64,000 bases of DNA. Origin: Vezdaea acicularis (Eukaryota). The stretch spans positions 1 to 64,000 of the forward strand of contig JAPEUI010000047.1 of the NCBI GenBank assembly GCA_026025075.1, read 5' to 3'. Positions 13,801 to 27,104 of the stretch are shown here, in pieces; position 1 is the stretch's first letter, and each line of letters starts with the position of its first letter. The notes under the pieces were generated by a model. It saw only the letters and a program-made list of their open reading frames with translations, was not told where the DNA came from and did not search any database. Made by a program: the position numbers and the translations under genes.

Positions 13801-14840
13801 CCCTCCTCTTTATCCACCTCAACCAAGCGTGTCACCATCCTTACGCGAACTCCTGTCTCAATCTCCTTTCAAGCAACGGCACGTTCTCTCAGTCAATGAG
13901 TTCACCAGAGCGGACCTCCATCTTCTCTTCACTGTGGCTCAAGAAATGCGTCTTGGAGTCCAAAGGCAGGGTGTCCTCGATATACTCAAAGGCCGGCTCC
14001 TTTGCACGGCGTTCTTTGAGCCCTCCACTCGCACTTCCGCCTCCTTTGATGCAGCAATGCAGCGTCTAGGGGGGCGCACGGTTGCTATTGCCGCCGCACA
14101 ATCAAGTGCAGTCAAAGGCGAAACTCTGCAAGATAGCATCCGCACGCTTGGCAGCTACGGCGACGCAATTGTCCTCAGGCATCCGGACGAAAGTAGTGCT
14201 GCCACGGCCGCCAAGTTCTCACCCGTGCCTATCATCAATGGGGGCAATGGTAGCAAGGAGCACCCGACGCAGGCCTTTTTAGATCTCTTCACGATTCGCG
14301 AAGAGCTTGGTACAGTCACTGGCTTGACAATCACTTTCACCGGAGACCTCAAGTACGGCCGCACAGTCCACTCTCTCGCCAAGCTACTCCAACACTACGA
14401 TGTGCACATACAGCTCGTCTCTCCTGCAGCTCTCGCTCTGCCCGCCGATGTGCGACAGACACTTGTTGCGTCAGGCCAACTGCTAAAAGAAAGCAACGGG
14501 CTCACCCCAGAGATCGTAGCGAAATCCGATGTGCTCTACTGCACCCGCGTCCAGAAGGAGCGTTTCGAAAACGTCGACGAGTACGAAAGGCTGAAAGATG
14601 CACTCGTGATCGATAATAGTGTGCTCAAGCATGCGAAACAGCATATGATTGTCATGCATCCCCTGCCACGAAACAACGAGATTGGTGAAGAGGTCGACTT
14701 TGATCAGCGAGCGGCGTACTTTAGACAGGTGAGCTATCCTAGTAAGGGTGAGGTTGTCGAGAATGCAGACTGATTGCCAATAGATGAGATATGGACTCTA
14801 CTGTCGAATGGCACTACTTGCGCTCATTATGGCGCCATGA
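7881..14840 (+). CDS. URA2: Multifunctional pyrimidine biosynthesis protein (GATase-CPSase-pseudo-DHOase-ATCase); exons 7881-8628, 8682-14728, 14784-14840
   Basis: [28 protein letters not shown] (GATase); [10 protein letters not shown] (CPS); [18 protein letters not shown] (ATCase); canonical introns restore frame and C-terminus [18 protein letters not shown]. Confidence 0.97.
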
Positions 14841-15894
14841 ATTGTTCAAGACGGACGGAATCGGAATTAGCCTAGAAGAATTAGCTGGATTTGAGCATAG
14901 TCCTGCATCAGCGATGGGATGATGAGAGTTGAGTTCTCAACAATCATGTGGGAAGGGTCTTTCCCAACTTGGACACTGTATAGGCATTCAACCCGGTGTT
15001 GGCGTTGTGGATATCTGAACGCGCTGAAAGACGAAAACAAAAAGCGTAGACAGAAGATAGGAGTAAAACGTATTTAACATATGGTAACGATGTATACCTA
15101 GTCAAAAGCCTCAATCAAGCCACTCACATAGGATAGGTAGTCGCAGAACACGTGAATCTTTGCTGCTCTCTCCCTAAACTTGCTCATCAGACGCGAATGT
15201 TGCCATATTAGGGCCGCCTTGCCCTCTGAGCCCCAACCTCGATATTGCACCACGCCCACGCTTGTGGTATCTCCCAAGCCCATCTGCTACCAGTTTAACA
15301 CGTAATGCAAACGGGCCCATACCACCTAACTCCTCCATGTAGCATCCCATGGTCTGCCCAACTGCTCTTCTCGTCTTCTGTGTATTCGGCATCATGCGCT
15401 CTACGCGCTCGATGCGTCGTTTCAAAATCCGCGCTGCGCAGAAAGTAAATACTGGGGTAACGTATACAGACTAGCTGAAAGGGATGGAGTAGACTTAAAC
15501 GCGGCCTTTGAAAGGGAGGGGAGGGAGCGAGAAAACTAACAGGAGTAGCTAGTTTGTAGCCGTCTACGTTTACTAATCTCACCTTCTTGGGCTAGGGCTA
15601 GGGCTAGGACCAGCTCAGCGTGGAGGTCAATCCTCCCCTGCAGCTCAAATGCGAACGAAAGAAGCTTCTAGACCCATGTGAAAGTCACATGGCGCCCCCA
15701 CAAACGAAACAAGAAGGTCCTAACCCCCAAGCCTCGGCATCACGTCGACGACGCGCTCGGCGCGTCTCCCCAGAGCAAGATTCTGGGGGTTAAGATGCAA
15801 CGCAAAAAGTCATGGGTCAGATGACCTTCACATGCCGTGATAGAGTGACGTATGCATCCCTTAGAGAGGTCGTTCCTGGACATGCATTTGTCAG

Positions 15895-16039
15895 CATGGG
15901 GGAAGAGTAGGAGAATCCTTCTACGGTAAATAGAGAAATCATGGGGGAAGAGTAGGAGAATCCTTCTACGGTAAATAGAGAAATCATGGGGGAAGAGTAG
16001 GAGAATCCTTCTACGGTAAATAGAGAAATCATGGGGGAA
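15895..16039. repeat. Perfect 45-bp tandem repeat, 3.2 copies (CATGGGGGAAGAGTAGGAGAATCCTTCTACGGTAAATAGAGAAAT)
   Basis: Identical units at 15895-15939, 15940-15984, 15985-16029 plus a 10-bp partial; no spacers. Confidence 0.95.
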
Positions 16040-16245
16040 TGCAAGAGGCAGAATGTTGGGATATGATATCATTTAGAGAAGCGTCTCTAAGGATAGTTAC
16101 GAGAGCTCTAGGGAGCGTGGACGGCATCACCACGCGATTTCGTATGTGCAGATGCGCTTTCTAGACACCTTTCCCATCTACCAGGACCTGTACCCTTCCA
16201 CTCCCCATGACCAAGAAAAGAATTCTGTTTGTCGTCAATTCATTT

Positions 16246-18463
16246 CTAGAATTCCATCAAGTCTGCAAGGCAAGTTAGCCACACGGTACAGAAAGGTATG
16301 TAATGGGTAGAGAGACTTACCTCTCCCGAAGAGCGCCCTCTTACTCCAGTCCATTGCCAACAGAATCCTCGTCCTCAAGCTGACGCTTTGTGCGAAGTAG
16401 ATACTCCGCCACAGATACACCGCGATCAGTCCACCAGAGAAGCTTAGTCCATTGATATCGAAGATAGCCGCATTCCCAATATAAGCTAAGCTTCCTAGGT
16501 GGTGATACTCGAAAGCCTTATACACTGCCTCATCCAGATCACCATCAAAGACCTCATTCCTCCGCATACCAGGCGCAGCTTGAGCTAGCTTGTTGAATTT
16601 CTTGCCCAAGTACTGCCCTTGTTGGTGAGCACGCTGGGCGGTGGCTGGAAGGGAGGTCAGCTTGTTGTCGATTTGGTGGAGAAGCTCGTGCATTTCGCCA
16701 AAGTCGAGAGTGCCGGATTGATCACGGTCGTACTCCTGAAAGAGTCTGTCGAGGCGACGGAGATGGTCCGCAGCTTGTGGAAAGCGCTTCTTAACGCGCG
16801 AGGCGATTCCGCGCCATTCTGCGAAGGTAATATGCATTGTCTCGGGATCTTTGCCCTTTTCCCATGCAAGCGTACGTAAAAAGGTCACGAGGTGGTCGGC
16901 GACATTGTTCTGGACGGTGGCGCAGTCGCCAATAGCGTAGACGTCGCCAAGGGGCGTACCGTTCAGACGTAGATGAGTGTCTGTCTCAAGGGCATGCTTG
17001 TTGGTTTGTACCTCTATACTATCGGAGATGCGTTTGCAAAAGTCCGTTTGAGATACGCCGGTTGACCATAGGCAAAAGCCCATGGGGAGCTCCTTAGTGA
17101 TGGTTTCCCCCTTTTCACCCTTTTGAGTGAAGATGATCTTGTCAGGCTGGATCTCCTTGACTCGTGAGCTAGTAAGTACCTCGACCTGGTCTCGGGCGAA
17201 TCGGTCCTAAGCCACGATTAGCTAACGTACTTGCAGGAGAGAACATATCACCAACCTCGGCATATTTTGACAGGGCCTCATCGTAAGTGTTCAGAATGTG
17301 TCCACGGCTTTGGATCAAGTGAACTGAAACCTCGTTCCTGAGGATCTTAGGGAAGTATTTTGAGAGATCTTCGTTCAACATATCGAACAACTCCGCGGCG
17401 AATTCCACGCCTGTGGGACCTCCGCCACTAATCACGAAGGAGAGCAACCGCTTTCGTTCCTCGTCTGATGTCGTAGGGAGGCAAGCGCGTTCTAAGTTAT
17501 GCAGGACAGCATTTCTGATATTACGAGCGTCGTCAATTGACTTAAGGAAATGACAATATTCTAGACCCTTCACGCCATGTGGATTGGTTGTAGACCCTGT
17601 TACAGCAATTAGCGATGGCTTTCTCTTTTAGGTTAGAGTTCGAGCATACCGACACCGATAACGAGCTTATCGTACGGTAAATAGAAATGCTGCCTTTCCC
17701 CCTTTCCATCGACCTGTGATATTTCTACCAATTTCTCTGAGAACTCCACTGCCACTGCTTCCGCCTTCAGGAAATGCCCCTTGACTCTTGACACAATCCG
17801 CCGGATGGGCTCAACAAGAGACCTCAATTCGAGAGTGCCAACGGTTGCAGAAGGCAGCATAGGCGTGAACAGAAAGTAGTTGACGGGAGATACCAGCGTC
17901 ACATGGTAGTCTTCGGGATTCAGAGTCTTGAGAAGAGCTACACTTCCCCAACCACTCCCGAGCACGACCAGCTTAGGCTTGTCCTTCTGTCGCAGCATCT
18001 CGGGACTATCTTCATCATCGATAAAGCAGTCTGCAATTGGCAAATTCTTGGGCCCCCCCCGCCTTGGAATCAACGCATGCTCCGACACAGGTACATCTTG
18101 GTATGAGAGATCTTCTCGATAAGTTGAGGCATCATAGAGAAAGAATGCAAACACCAAGCCACCGGTGAAGAGACCAAAGAACCCTGCATATGCAAACGTT
18201 CGATAGAGAAATCGGAAGACTGGGCCACGCTTTTGCGGTAATGGCTTCGTGGATATCGTGCGATATTGTGTAGAAGTAAGGCTTAGGATGACTGGCTTAC
18301 TCGTTCTGGACAGGAGCCGCGCTCCAGTTTTGGATCCATGGAAGGCCTGGAAAAAGTGGCGGCTCTTTGATAAGGACAATTGATGCAGAGGATAGCGTGT
18401 GAGGAGAGGATATGCCTCGAAGTGTCGCAATGGCATCCTAGCTGTGAGGCGTGCTGACGCCAT
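16246..18463 (-). CDS. Mitochondrial alternative (external) NADH dehydrogenase with EF-hand; exons 18463-17650, 17596-17256, 17206-16321, 16262-16246
   Basis: Mitochondrial-presequence-like N-terminus, VVLGSGWGS and GGGPTGVEFAAEL Rossmann motifs, EF-hand DRDQSGTLDFGE, LPATAQRAHQQG, YLWRS; three canonical introns end in DLMEF*. Resembles Neurospora NDE1-type enzymes. Confidence 0.93.
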
Positions 18464-19004
18464 GAAGGGAATGGGAACAACTCTAGACTGTCAATGGAGC
18501 ACGAAGTCTTTCAACCTCACTCCAGATAATGCGGACAGCAATCATCAGACCACTTCAACATTGTCTTTGCCCTGATAAGATGAGCGGCGTAAAAACTAGG
18601 ATGTATCGCGAAGCAATTGATAGAACGTTGAAAGAGTAAGGTTTCACATGCAGGCGGATGTGACGGTTCGGCGAGGCATTGATCCATGTCATTGGTCAAA
18701 GCTATCGCAGGACAGCGTCACTGAAACTCATCTTCGCTTATGATGATGTCCTCAAAATTTACTTCTCGCATTCATTCCTTTTATATACATGATCTTCGAA
18801 TATATTTAAGTCCCCTAAGAGATCGAAGCGCATAGATTTCCCATGCGCATGCCGTCGTCTGGAACGCCTTGATCGCCTGCAAGAATCGGCACCACGCTAG
18901 GACCACGCCCAAACGCTCTCTCCCATGCAATGAGAAACGACAATGAACGATAAAAGGATGGTTAATGGCAATGACTGCCATTGCGCGCTAGGGCGTCGCA
19001 TCGC

Positions 19005-22000
19005 TCAATCCCAAAAGGGTAGAGCATCCTCGTCCGACTGCATAGCGTCTCTATTAGCCTTTCCTCCGTTGGACTTCGTTCGCTGCTTCTTCACTCGCCC
19101 CCCTGGCGTCGCGCTTGCCGACTTCCTCTTCCTCTGCCGCCCACTACTTCCGGGAGTAGCTGGGTTACTAATGGACCCTTCATCATCGCTAGGGGTTGAC
19201 AGCCTAGAAGTATTACCTTGACCATCATCTCCATCGGCCGCTATTTTGATATCCTTATCAATTGTTAGGAGTTCTACAAACTCTCGACATTGAATCACCA
19301 TCTTCTCTTTAGTCTTTAGAGAAGACATGTTCTCAGTGGTTATCTTCCATAGATCTTCTGCCGTGATACCCGATGTCTTAACAGGCACCTTATTTAGATC
19401 TTTTGCAGTAGATTTACCTTTACCCTCTTTGTGCGCAGTTCCTGGATTGAGTCCATATAGACGGCGTAGGTAGGTTCGTGTATCCCATAGAGCAGACAAG
19501 ATCATTGCAGATGTCGTAAGCTGTCTCATTCTTTCAGGGCTTACTTCGGACTGCGGTCGAGTCATTTCTGGTTGGGCACCACGGTACTTTTGATTCATAC
19601 GTTCTGGTGCAGGGTCAAGGTTTATTCGAAGAACCTCTGTCTCGATTGCATGAGCAATCCCTGTACCTGTAGCTGTAACAATATTTTCCATGATTGATAT
19701 AGTGTGAATCAACTCCTCCACCGAATTGTACTCGAAGAAGGCAAGATTGTCGATGATAAAGCGCGAGAATTCGAGATGTTTGGGTGGCTCATCTTCGACG
19801 TCGAGTTTGACAGGATCAAAGTCTATCTTCATGCAGAGGTTACTCAAAAATTTCTTTCTGATCTTGCCTTTGCTGATCTTGATAACATCGAAAAGCGGAC
19901 GCAACTTAGATGTGAATGGGTGGATTGTTGCGCCGAGAGGGTCGCCAACCGTATTCCTCTGGTATACAAAGGCTTGTTGCACAGCCTTCATGTATTCCTT
20001 CTCCAAGATTGTTTCATGCTTCTCATGCAATGTCCTATGCTCTCGAAAGGCGATGCTGGCAATATTTGGGTTTTGCGATGTCTCTAGAGCTACCAAAACC
20101 GGCCCGCACTCCTTTGGGTGAACCAGTCCTTGTCGGTTGATGCTTCCAATAACCTCGACTGCGGTCAATGCATACGCATCTTGGCTCTTTGTTGCGATTC
20201 GAATAATATGGGCTAAATATCGCTGTGCAATTGATGTTGTTACTCCATCATTCTGATTGGCAGTCACGATCGTACTGAGCCTCCCTGACTCTAGTCCCTC
20301 ACTATCACCATCGGAGAGCTCCGAGCCCTTTTCTGAGAGCTTTTCTTCGTCTTGTAAATACTCCCTGAATCCTGAAAGAACTAGATTTTCTAGATCTTGA
20401 TCTCCCTCAGAGAATACGATATCGAATGCGCTGTATACCTGCTCTTTCAAAAAGAGCTTCGGCCAGGTCTGACAGATGGAGCAAAACCCTTCTAGAGCAG
20501 CTTTACGAATCAACGATGGTCGTTTGGGACTTGTAAAAGACGAGAATATGTCAATCATCAAACCGGATACTGTATCCCCTTTCCATGAAGGGAATGCTTG
20601 GCGAAACAATTTAACCTGGTCCCCTTCGAAATTACAATATTTCCCGAAAAGGCCAGCAATGACTAGATATCGCCTGACACGGTCCAAAAGCTTCTGAGAC
20701 CCTTCGGAAAACTCCGCTGTCCGCTCTTTGTACATTCCTTGAAGACATGATATTGTGACTCTAGATAGCCGTTCAGGGTTATTCAAGACCCCATTGATAG
20801 TCCAGAGGCACGAGATGACTTCGGTCAATTCCCTTTTGTTCAGTTTCGAGACGCTTCTGAAGAGTGCATTCTGTACTTCAGAAAGGAATGTTGAGTGAAC
20901 GCTCGAAAAGTGCGGTAGAACACAGCGGAATATAATGATCGAAGATCTATAGATTTGTAGATCATCATTGCTGGAGAGGTTCTCAATGTAGGGCTGTAGG
21001 TGACGGAGCTGATCCGGCTGGAACAGCTTTGGATTTGCTCGGGCAAATATGGTTAAGGTATGAAGCATATATTGGCGGCCGAGAGAGGTAGCAGAGTCTG
21101 TGTTATCGACGATATCATCAAACATAGTCGCGACAAAGGACATGCAAACCCGGAAGTTGTCGATTGCATTTTTCGATTTCGCGGATAGGAGAACTCGGAG
21201 GAGGGACTCGAGGACTGAAGATACTGCATCATTCCGCTTGGAAATCTGTGTATTAATTGCTTGAGCATGCTCTGTTTGATGATCGACGAGAGGCTTATTG
21301 GTTGTTAGTACAATAAGCGAGAGCTGATTCTTGAGTGCCAGTTTGGATTGCACCGAGTCATCACCACCAGCGGACGCTTTGTGATAGTGAGGAGCAATCC
21401 ATATCTCTTCGAAAGTTTGCCTAGCAAGCTCCGCCACACCTTCGTCTGTATCTCTGATACGGTGTAGCAACGTATCAGCAATGGCTATACTGATGCTGTT
21501 ATCGTGATTGCGCAAGTATATGTCTCTGAGAAGCTTTATAGCACGCTTGCGAATTCCGATGTTCGAATCTCCTGCTCTTCTGAGGATGGGCTCATACATG
21601 CTCTCCTCCAAGCTTGGCCTCAATGTCAAGCATTTTGCGATAAGAGCAATTACAGAGTCACGAACCGATGGGGAGGGATCGCCTATCAATTTCATGATAA
21701 AAGGAACAACGCCAACATTACGGTCCAGGATAGTGACGTCTGTCTCGAGTAAGTGCATAACGCTCTTGAGACTCTTGCTACGCACTGTTGCTTGATCGCT
21801 ACTCATAGCCTTGAGAAATAGGTTGAAAATGTTATCAAATGCTTTGCAGAATGGCATACTGATCACTATCAATGAATGTGCAAGACGACCTTGAACTGTC
21901 TTGACTGATTCAAATTTGCTTTGATGATGTCAGCAGAGATCCAGCAACAAGGAGTGGCAGACATACTCGGCCGATTCAAGCCATTTAGGGCTCAAAATGA

Positions 22001-24763
22001 CTTCCTGAAGCTTGAACGCAAGACTGGCTGCTTCTATGTCAAGTTCGTCGCTCATGGCTTCGTCTTCGTCCTCATCCTTGAACTTCAGCAAGTCATAAAA
22101 GTCGCCCACTTTCACCCCCCACTGCGTGGTATGGTAACCTATGGCGCTTTGAAGCTGTGCATCATCAGAGATATTCCTTTCAACGAGGTATTCTAGAACT
22201 ATCCGATGTGGACCAGTCCAGGAAATCAGATCTGCCTGGCTGATCCTTGCTTCCAGGACATCTTCTGTTAAATGCGCTAGCTTTTGGCTAAGGTGAGAGT
22301 CCTGGACCTCGACGCTTCTAGAATATTGCCGGACATGGCTAATAAGATCAGAGATGCCGGAGCCCATTCGGCCCATCAAGTCGAGGGCCATATTTTTTGC
22401 GGGAGCTGTGCTATTTTGCTCTTCGGAGCACAACCTGAACATACTAGTAAGTAAGCAACGGAGTAGAAGCTCTGCAGCAGGCCAATCTGTTGAGCCCAAG
22501 ACTCTGATGAAATCCTCTGTGAAAATGTCGAGAAGATTTCGATATGGAGCGTCTCCTGACTTAGTCGACTTGAGAGCTCTATCTACTAAGAAAGAGATGA
22601 CGTGATGAGCATTTGACCTTGCAGCATCTGCAAGTGGGGATGATACGTCTAGCATCTTCTGCACGGTACCGGCAGGGTTTCGAATTGCCGCTACCTCTGG
22701 ATTAACGGAGGAGGCTTCTCTATGGGCATTTATATCCTCATCTTCATCACTGCTTTCCGTAGCGTCTTTTCCCTCCGAGTTTCCATTTGTAAACGTGAGA
22801 GCACGACGCTTTTTCTTTGATTTATCAGTTTCGGAGAAAGTAGCACTAGTCTGGACCAGACGCATGATCAACGCTGAGACGAGCTGGATGCTTTCGCCCT
22901 CGATGAGCTTGAATTGACGGGCACTTTGTCGGGCAACAGGCAAGTTCTCTAGAGAGGTCAGAATCTCGTTAAAGATATCCTTTCTCTGATCCGAGTATCG
23001 AGAGAACACCTTGGCTAGCACTTCCATAGCGGCGTGACGCAGAGTCTCGAATTTTTGGAGCCCCAGGATCGAGTCTTTCTCGCTATGAGCACAGTCGGCA
23101 AAGATCATGCCAAAGGTTAGATACTCTACTTTCGCAAGAGCAGTTTCCGGGATCCCATTACTGGCAATTAGTTTAGACAGAAGGATAAGTATCCGACGCG
23201 ATTGATTTAAGAGATTTATCAAGGGTTTTTTTTGAGATGCTATAGTATTGGAATCGTGTTGTGCTGCACTGCGAGCTTGAGCAGCTGGTATGATTGACTC
23301 TTCTACTATACCCTTCAAGATTTCCAGGATGCTTTGTAGAAGCTCCTCGGAATAGAGCTGCTTTTCGGGCCGTTTTCCAGTCATGATTCTTAGAGCTGTT
23401 CTTGCACACCTCAGCGATATGTCAACTTTGTCCACGCGACTAATCCATTGTTCCAACTCATCTTCACTACAATCGCCTCGAATATTGAGATCTATAGATG
23501 CAGCGGATTTCAATGAGTTATCACAAAGCCTTTGTAGACGATTCAGGTCCCCCACAGGGACATCCGAAAATCTTCCATCGGAGATGACTGTCGCAAGAGC
23601 CGAATCAAGCTTTCCATGAACTGACAAAGCTATGATCGGGCTGTCGGTATTAAAGGACGCATCAAAAGTAAAGAATTGTGCTGCGTCTGACGAAATAACA
23701 CCAGAGCTATCGGGCTGTAAGTTATCCTCAGCCTCGAAAATTGCCTCCATGAGCATCTTTAACCTGCTTAAAGATGCCTCAGTCTTCTGCCTATGATCAA
23801 CCCTGGCTGGAGTTATGTTTGCAGTTCCTGCCTCAAGAGGTCTTTGTTTCTTAGCCAATGGATCCTCTGGAGGGGTACTGGCTTCCAGAAAGGTCTGGTA
23901 CTCGTCTGGTTGTGATGATCTTGGGAGCTCAGGGACAATGATCATTGGTTGGATTTTCAAGGCATCTGGTGATACCTGTCTCGTCGCGTATGGCCGGCTC
24001 ATCTTACTTATATGTGCATTATTATCGAGATCTATCTTAACTGGTTTGGATGGCGGCGAGGAGCCAGCCTCGGACTTTTGGCTTTTTGGAGGCGAAACAT
24101 GTGTCTTGGGGGTTGAATCTATGAGAGCCTTAGTAGATGGACCTATAATCAGCAAGACTTAACGGTCGTACACCCGTAGGCAATCTCTGTGGAAGAGAGA
24201 AGCATTTTTGAAAACTTTCCGAGACCTTGATAGTTTTTACTAGAAACATTACTTGGTCGATCTTCACTTTCCCGTGGTAAAATAGTGGCCTTGAACTTGC
24301 TGGGGTGCCAAGTGAGTCGGCGAACACGTATCAAGCTCAGGATTAGGGGTACGGACTATTCAGTTAAGCTTGAGACTTTGAAAAGACTTTGCAGCTGCTC
24401 AATTGTCTGTTGCACTGCCTGGGAGGAGTCGGCAGTATATAAATTGTTGGAACGTTGATTCAAGCTGTCGAGCGGTCCTCCTGATGTCTTGGTGCTAACA
24501 TAGTTGCTGAATGAACACGCAGAAGCAGCAAATCCGATTGCAGGTGGAGGTATAGTCTCTGTAGCGTGAGGCTAATTTAGCAGTGCGAACTCGGTGTACC
24601 GATGACGGAGGGTTGCGCTAGCCTCTTCCAAGCAGAACTGTGGAGGCCTACCTGGACCGAATGGCACAATCGACGAGAACGGCGAGTACTGCAGAGCCTC
24701 ATCGACGGTGAGCGTGCGCGCGACCCTCGCTCTGGCGCCATTGCTTGCACGTTGGCTACTCAT
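19005..24763 (-). CDS. SCC2: Cohesin loader subunit Scc2/Mis4/NIPBL; introns approx. 24651-24560, 24356-24300, 24171-24119, 21966-21919
   Basis: N-terminal TVDEALQYSPFSSIVPF, GDAPYRNLLDIFTEDF..DWPAAELLL, VRSKSLKS, HEAT repeats, RQGLVHPKECGPVLVALETS. Confidence 0.93.
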
Positions 24764-25235
24764 GTTGTCCCCGTATCTATGTGCCTGCATCTTGTAAGGG
24801 AGGGGCAAGCCCTAGTCAAAAAGGGTCGTGTATGTCCTATATATCCACAGTTCATGACCGGTAGGTCGCAAGCTGCAGGGACGGTAGAAGCCTCGTGCAC
24901 AGCTACGGGAATATTGCCTTTCAGGGAAAAGGCGTCGGCGCAAGGCGTTGTGTACATAGCGTGCCGCTGTCGTCTTGCGAATGCTAGCTACACGCTGTAG
25001 GATCTCCAGGTACTGGTTCCCATGAGAGGCTCTTGCTTAGTCGCAAGAAGATGGTGGCACTAACGTCAAGCGAGACGCGCTAAGCCTTGTGGCGTGTGGA
25101 TAAGCCAATCATACAAGATCGGCGAAATCTGTCTTTCAACCTCTGGCGAAAGTATCACTATCTCTCCCCTCACATAACAATCTGCCTGGTTTTGAAACGA
25201 CTTTACTTAAGGGCGATTGTAATATATAAACAAAT

Positions 25236-25715
25236 ATGTCGGCAATAGGCTCTCTTGTATTTTGCAATGACTGTGGTGACCTCCTGCCACCGTCCAGCGG
25301 TGAACCGAATGCAATTCTCATATGCGAGAATTGCGGCACTGAATGCAAAGGTCAGCTACTTCTTAGGTTTGAAATGCTGGTATTGACTCGTAACTCTTCA
25401 TATCAGACAATTCGATCAAGACTATAACCACCAAGTCTAAACCTTCAGCATTTCCCTCCACACTAAGATCAAAAATGTCCGAAGTACAGACATTGACAGC
25501 TGGAGACGTTCAGACGACGGCTACTATACGCCAGATCTGCCCAGAATGTGGTAATGAGGAGATGAGATACTATACCCTCCAGCTGAGAAGTGCCGATGAA
25601 GGGAGCACCGTATTCTACAGTTGCCCTGAATGTAGCCACAAGTGCGTAAAGCTCCTACTTAACACTGGGCTGAGACTGACATCGCTGTGAATATAGGTAC
25701 AGCACAAATAATTGA
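25236..25715 (+). CDS. RPA12: RNA polymerase I subunit A12; exons 25236-25350, 25407-25641, 25697-25715
   Basis: MSAIGSLVFCNDCGDLL zinc ribbon; C-terminal CPECGNEEMRYYTLQLRSADEGSTVFYSC; ends KYSTNN*. Confidence 0.95.
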
Positions 25716-25784
25716 TCTTAGCAAGGGTCATGCAAGAGCTTTTAACACACTACTTGTACAAGTTTGGCATACGAAAGGAATCGC

Positions 25785-26872
25785 CTAGGCCGCTGTGAGC
25801 ACAGTCTCTACCACCTCACTCCCAGGGACAATTGCATATTCGGCTTTGCCGCTCCTTTCGAAATCCGCCATGTCCAATGCGACAAGTATACTTTCGCGCA
25901 CAACTTGCTCCTCATCATCAAGAAAACCTTTCAAAATATCTTCTACTCCTTCCTCTCCGCCAAGGCTGCCAAGAGCTTCGGCTGCTTCATGTCGCACCAT
26001 ACTTACCTCCTTCAGATCACTTAACGTTTCTATGAGACTCGGGATCGATGCTACGTGGGATAGTTGACCAAAAACGAAAGCGACCTCATGTCTGAATAAA
26101 GCCGAAGGATCTTTGAGGCCCAATGCCAGAGCTTGAACCGCTGGAACCGCCGTGGGAAGATCTGGAGGGGAGGACAAATCTCGAAGTGCGAACATGGCGC
26201 GATAGCGTTGGAACAAAGGAAGTCGAGTGTCGAGAAGTATGGCTTGGAGATCTGGGATCGAAGGGAGGGACGAAGTCTCTGGAAGGGGTGGAGCGGGATC
26301 TATTGATGTAAAATTGCTGCACTACATTAGTCAAGCAGTAGAGAGTATACAAGCCTCAGGTTCTCAAACCTGTGTTGTAAAAGCTCCGCTTTCCTTTGCG
26401 CAGAGCTCTCCCATTCGATCCTAGCTGCTGCTATTTCGCATGTCTCTCTGACAACTTCTACCTCTGAACTGTCATCTCGCAGATCTTGGAGAAGCTCTAA
26501 ACTTTCTACATCTCCTAAAGCCCCCAGCGCTTCCGCTGCTTCGTGCCTGCACATCGAGTCTTCAGCTCTGTTCACTAGGACAGCCCGTAAGAAAGGGACC
26601 GCAGAAAGATTTCGAGTTTGCCCAAGACAGTAGGCCAGCTCATGCTTTAGCAGCGCTGATGGAGATGCAAAAGCTGCAGCTATAGCATGAATTGCTGGCT
26701 CAGTCTGTGACGTAGGAGGGTTCAGGCTCGCGATATGCTTCAGCGAGAAAAGGGCTCGAAAGCGCCGAGCAAGCGCTGTTGATTCTGAGGTAAGTATTTT
26801 GCGGAGATTCGAGACTGTTGCATCCCCGTTGAGAGACTCATCAACATTATCTTCTGATTTGGAGGCTGCCAT
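25785..26872 (-). CDS. LIA1: Deoxyhypusine hydroxylase; exons 26872-26370, 26316-25785
   Basis: [22 protein letters not shown], two RHEAAEALG motifs, SIDPAP linker, [13 protein letters not shown]. Confidence 0.95.
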
Positions 26873-27104
26873 TTGGGGGATTATCAAAGCTAAATGTTGT
26901 GTCGAAGCCTTCCTTTTATTGTTAGTGGGGCATTCTAGAACTGGGATCGCAAAAATTTATTTTGGCGGGGCATTCCTGCGCCGACATGTTCTGCAGGCAA
27001 CGCTCTCCCGCGCAACCAGCCATTTTCAAACTTTCAAGTTAATATACGCTACTGAATATCTGGGACGGTGCATTTCCTCGAGGGCAGCTTGGATATCGAG
27101 CAAC

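Noticed and set aside
15098..15582. Short minus-strand ORFs between URA2 and the NADH dehydrogenase
   Set aside because: No recognisable motifs; attempted splicing met in-frame stops upstream.
15589..15608. Telomere or telomerase-RNA template (GGGCTA)n
   Set aside because: Only ~3 units of a non-canonical CTAGGG variant; no TAACCCTAA-type template or recognisable pseudoknot found by eye.
15895..16039. CRISPR-like array
   Set aside because: Units are contiguous and identical with no unique spacers; eukaryotic context with no cas genes.
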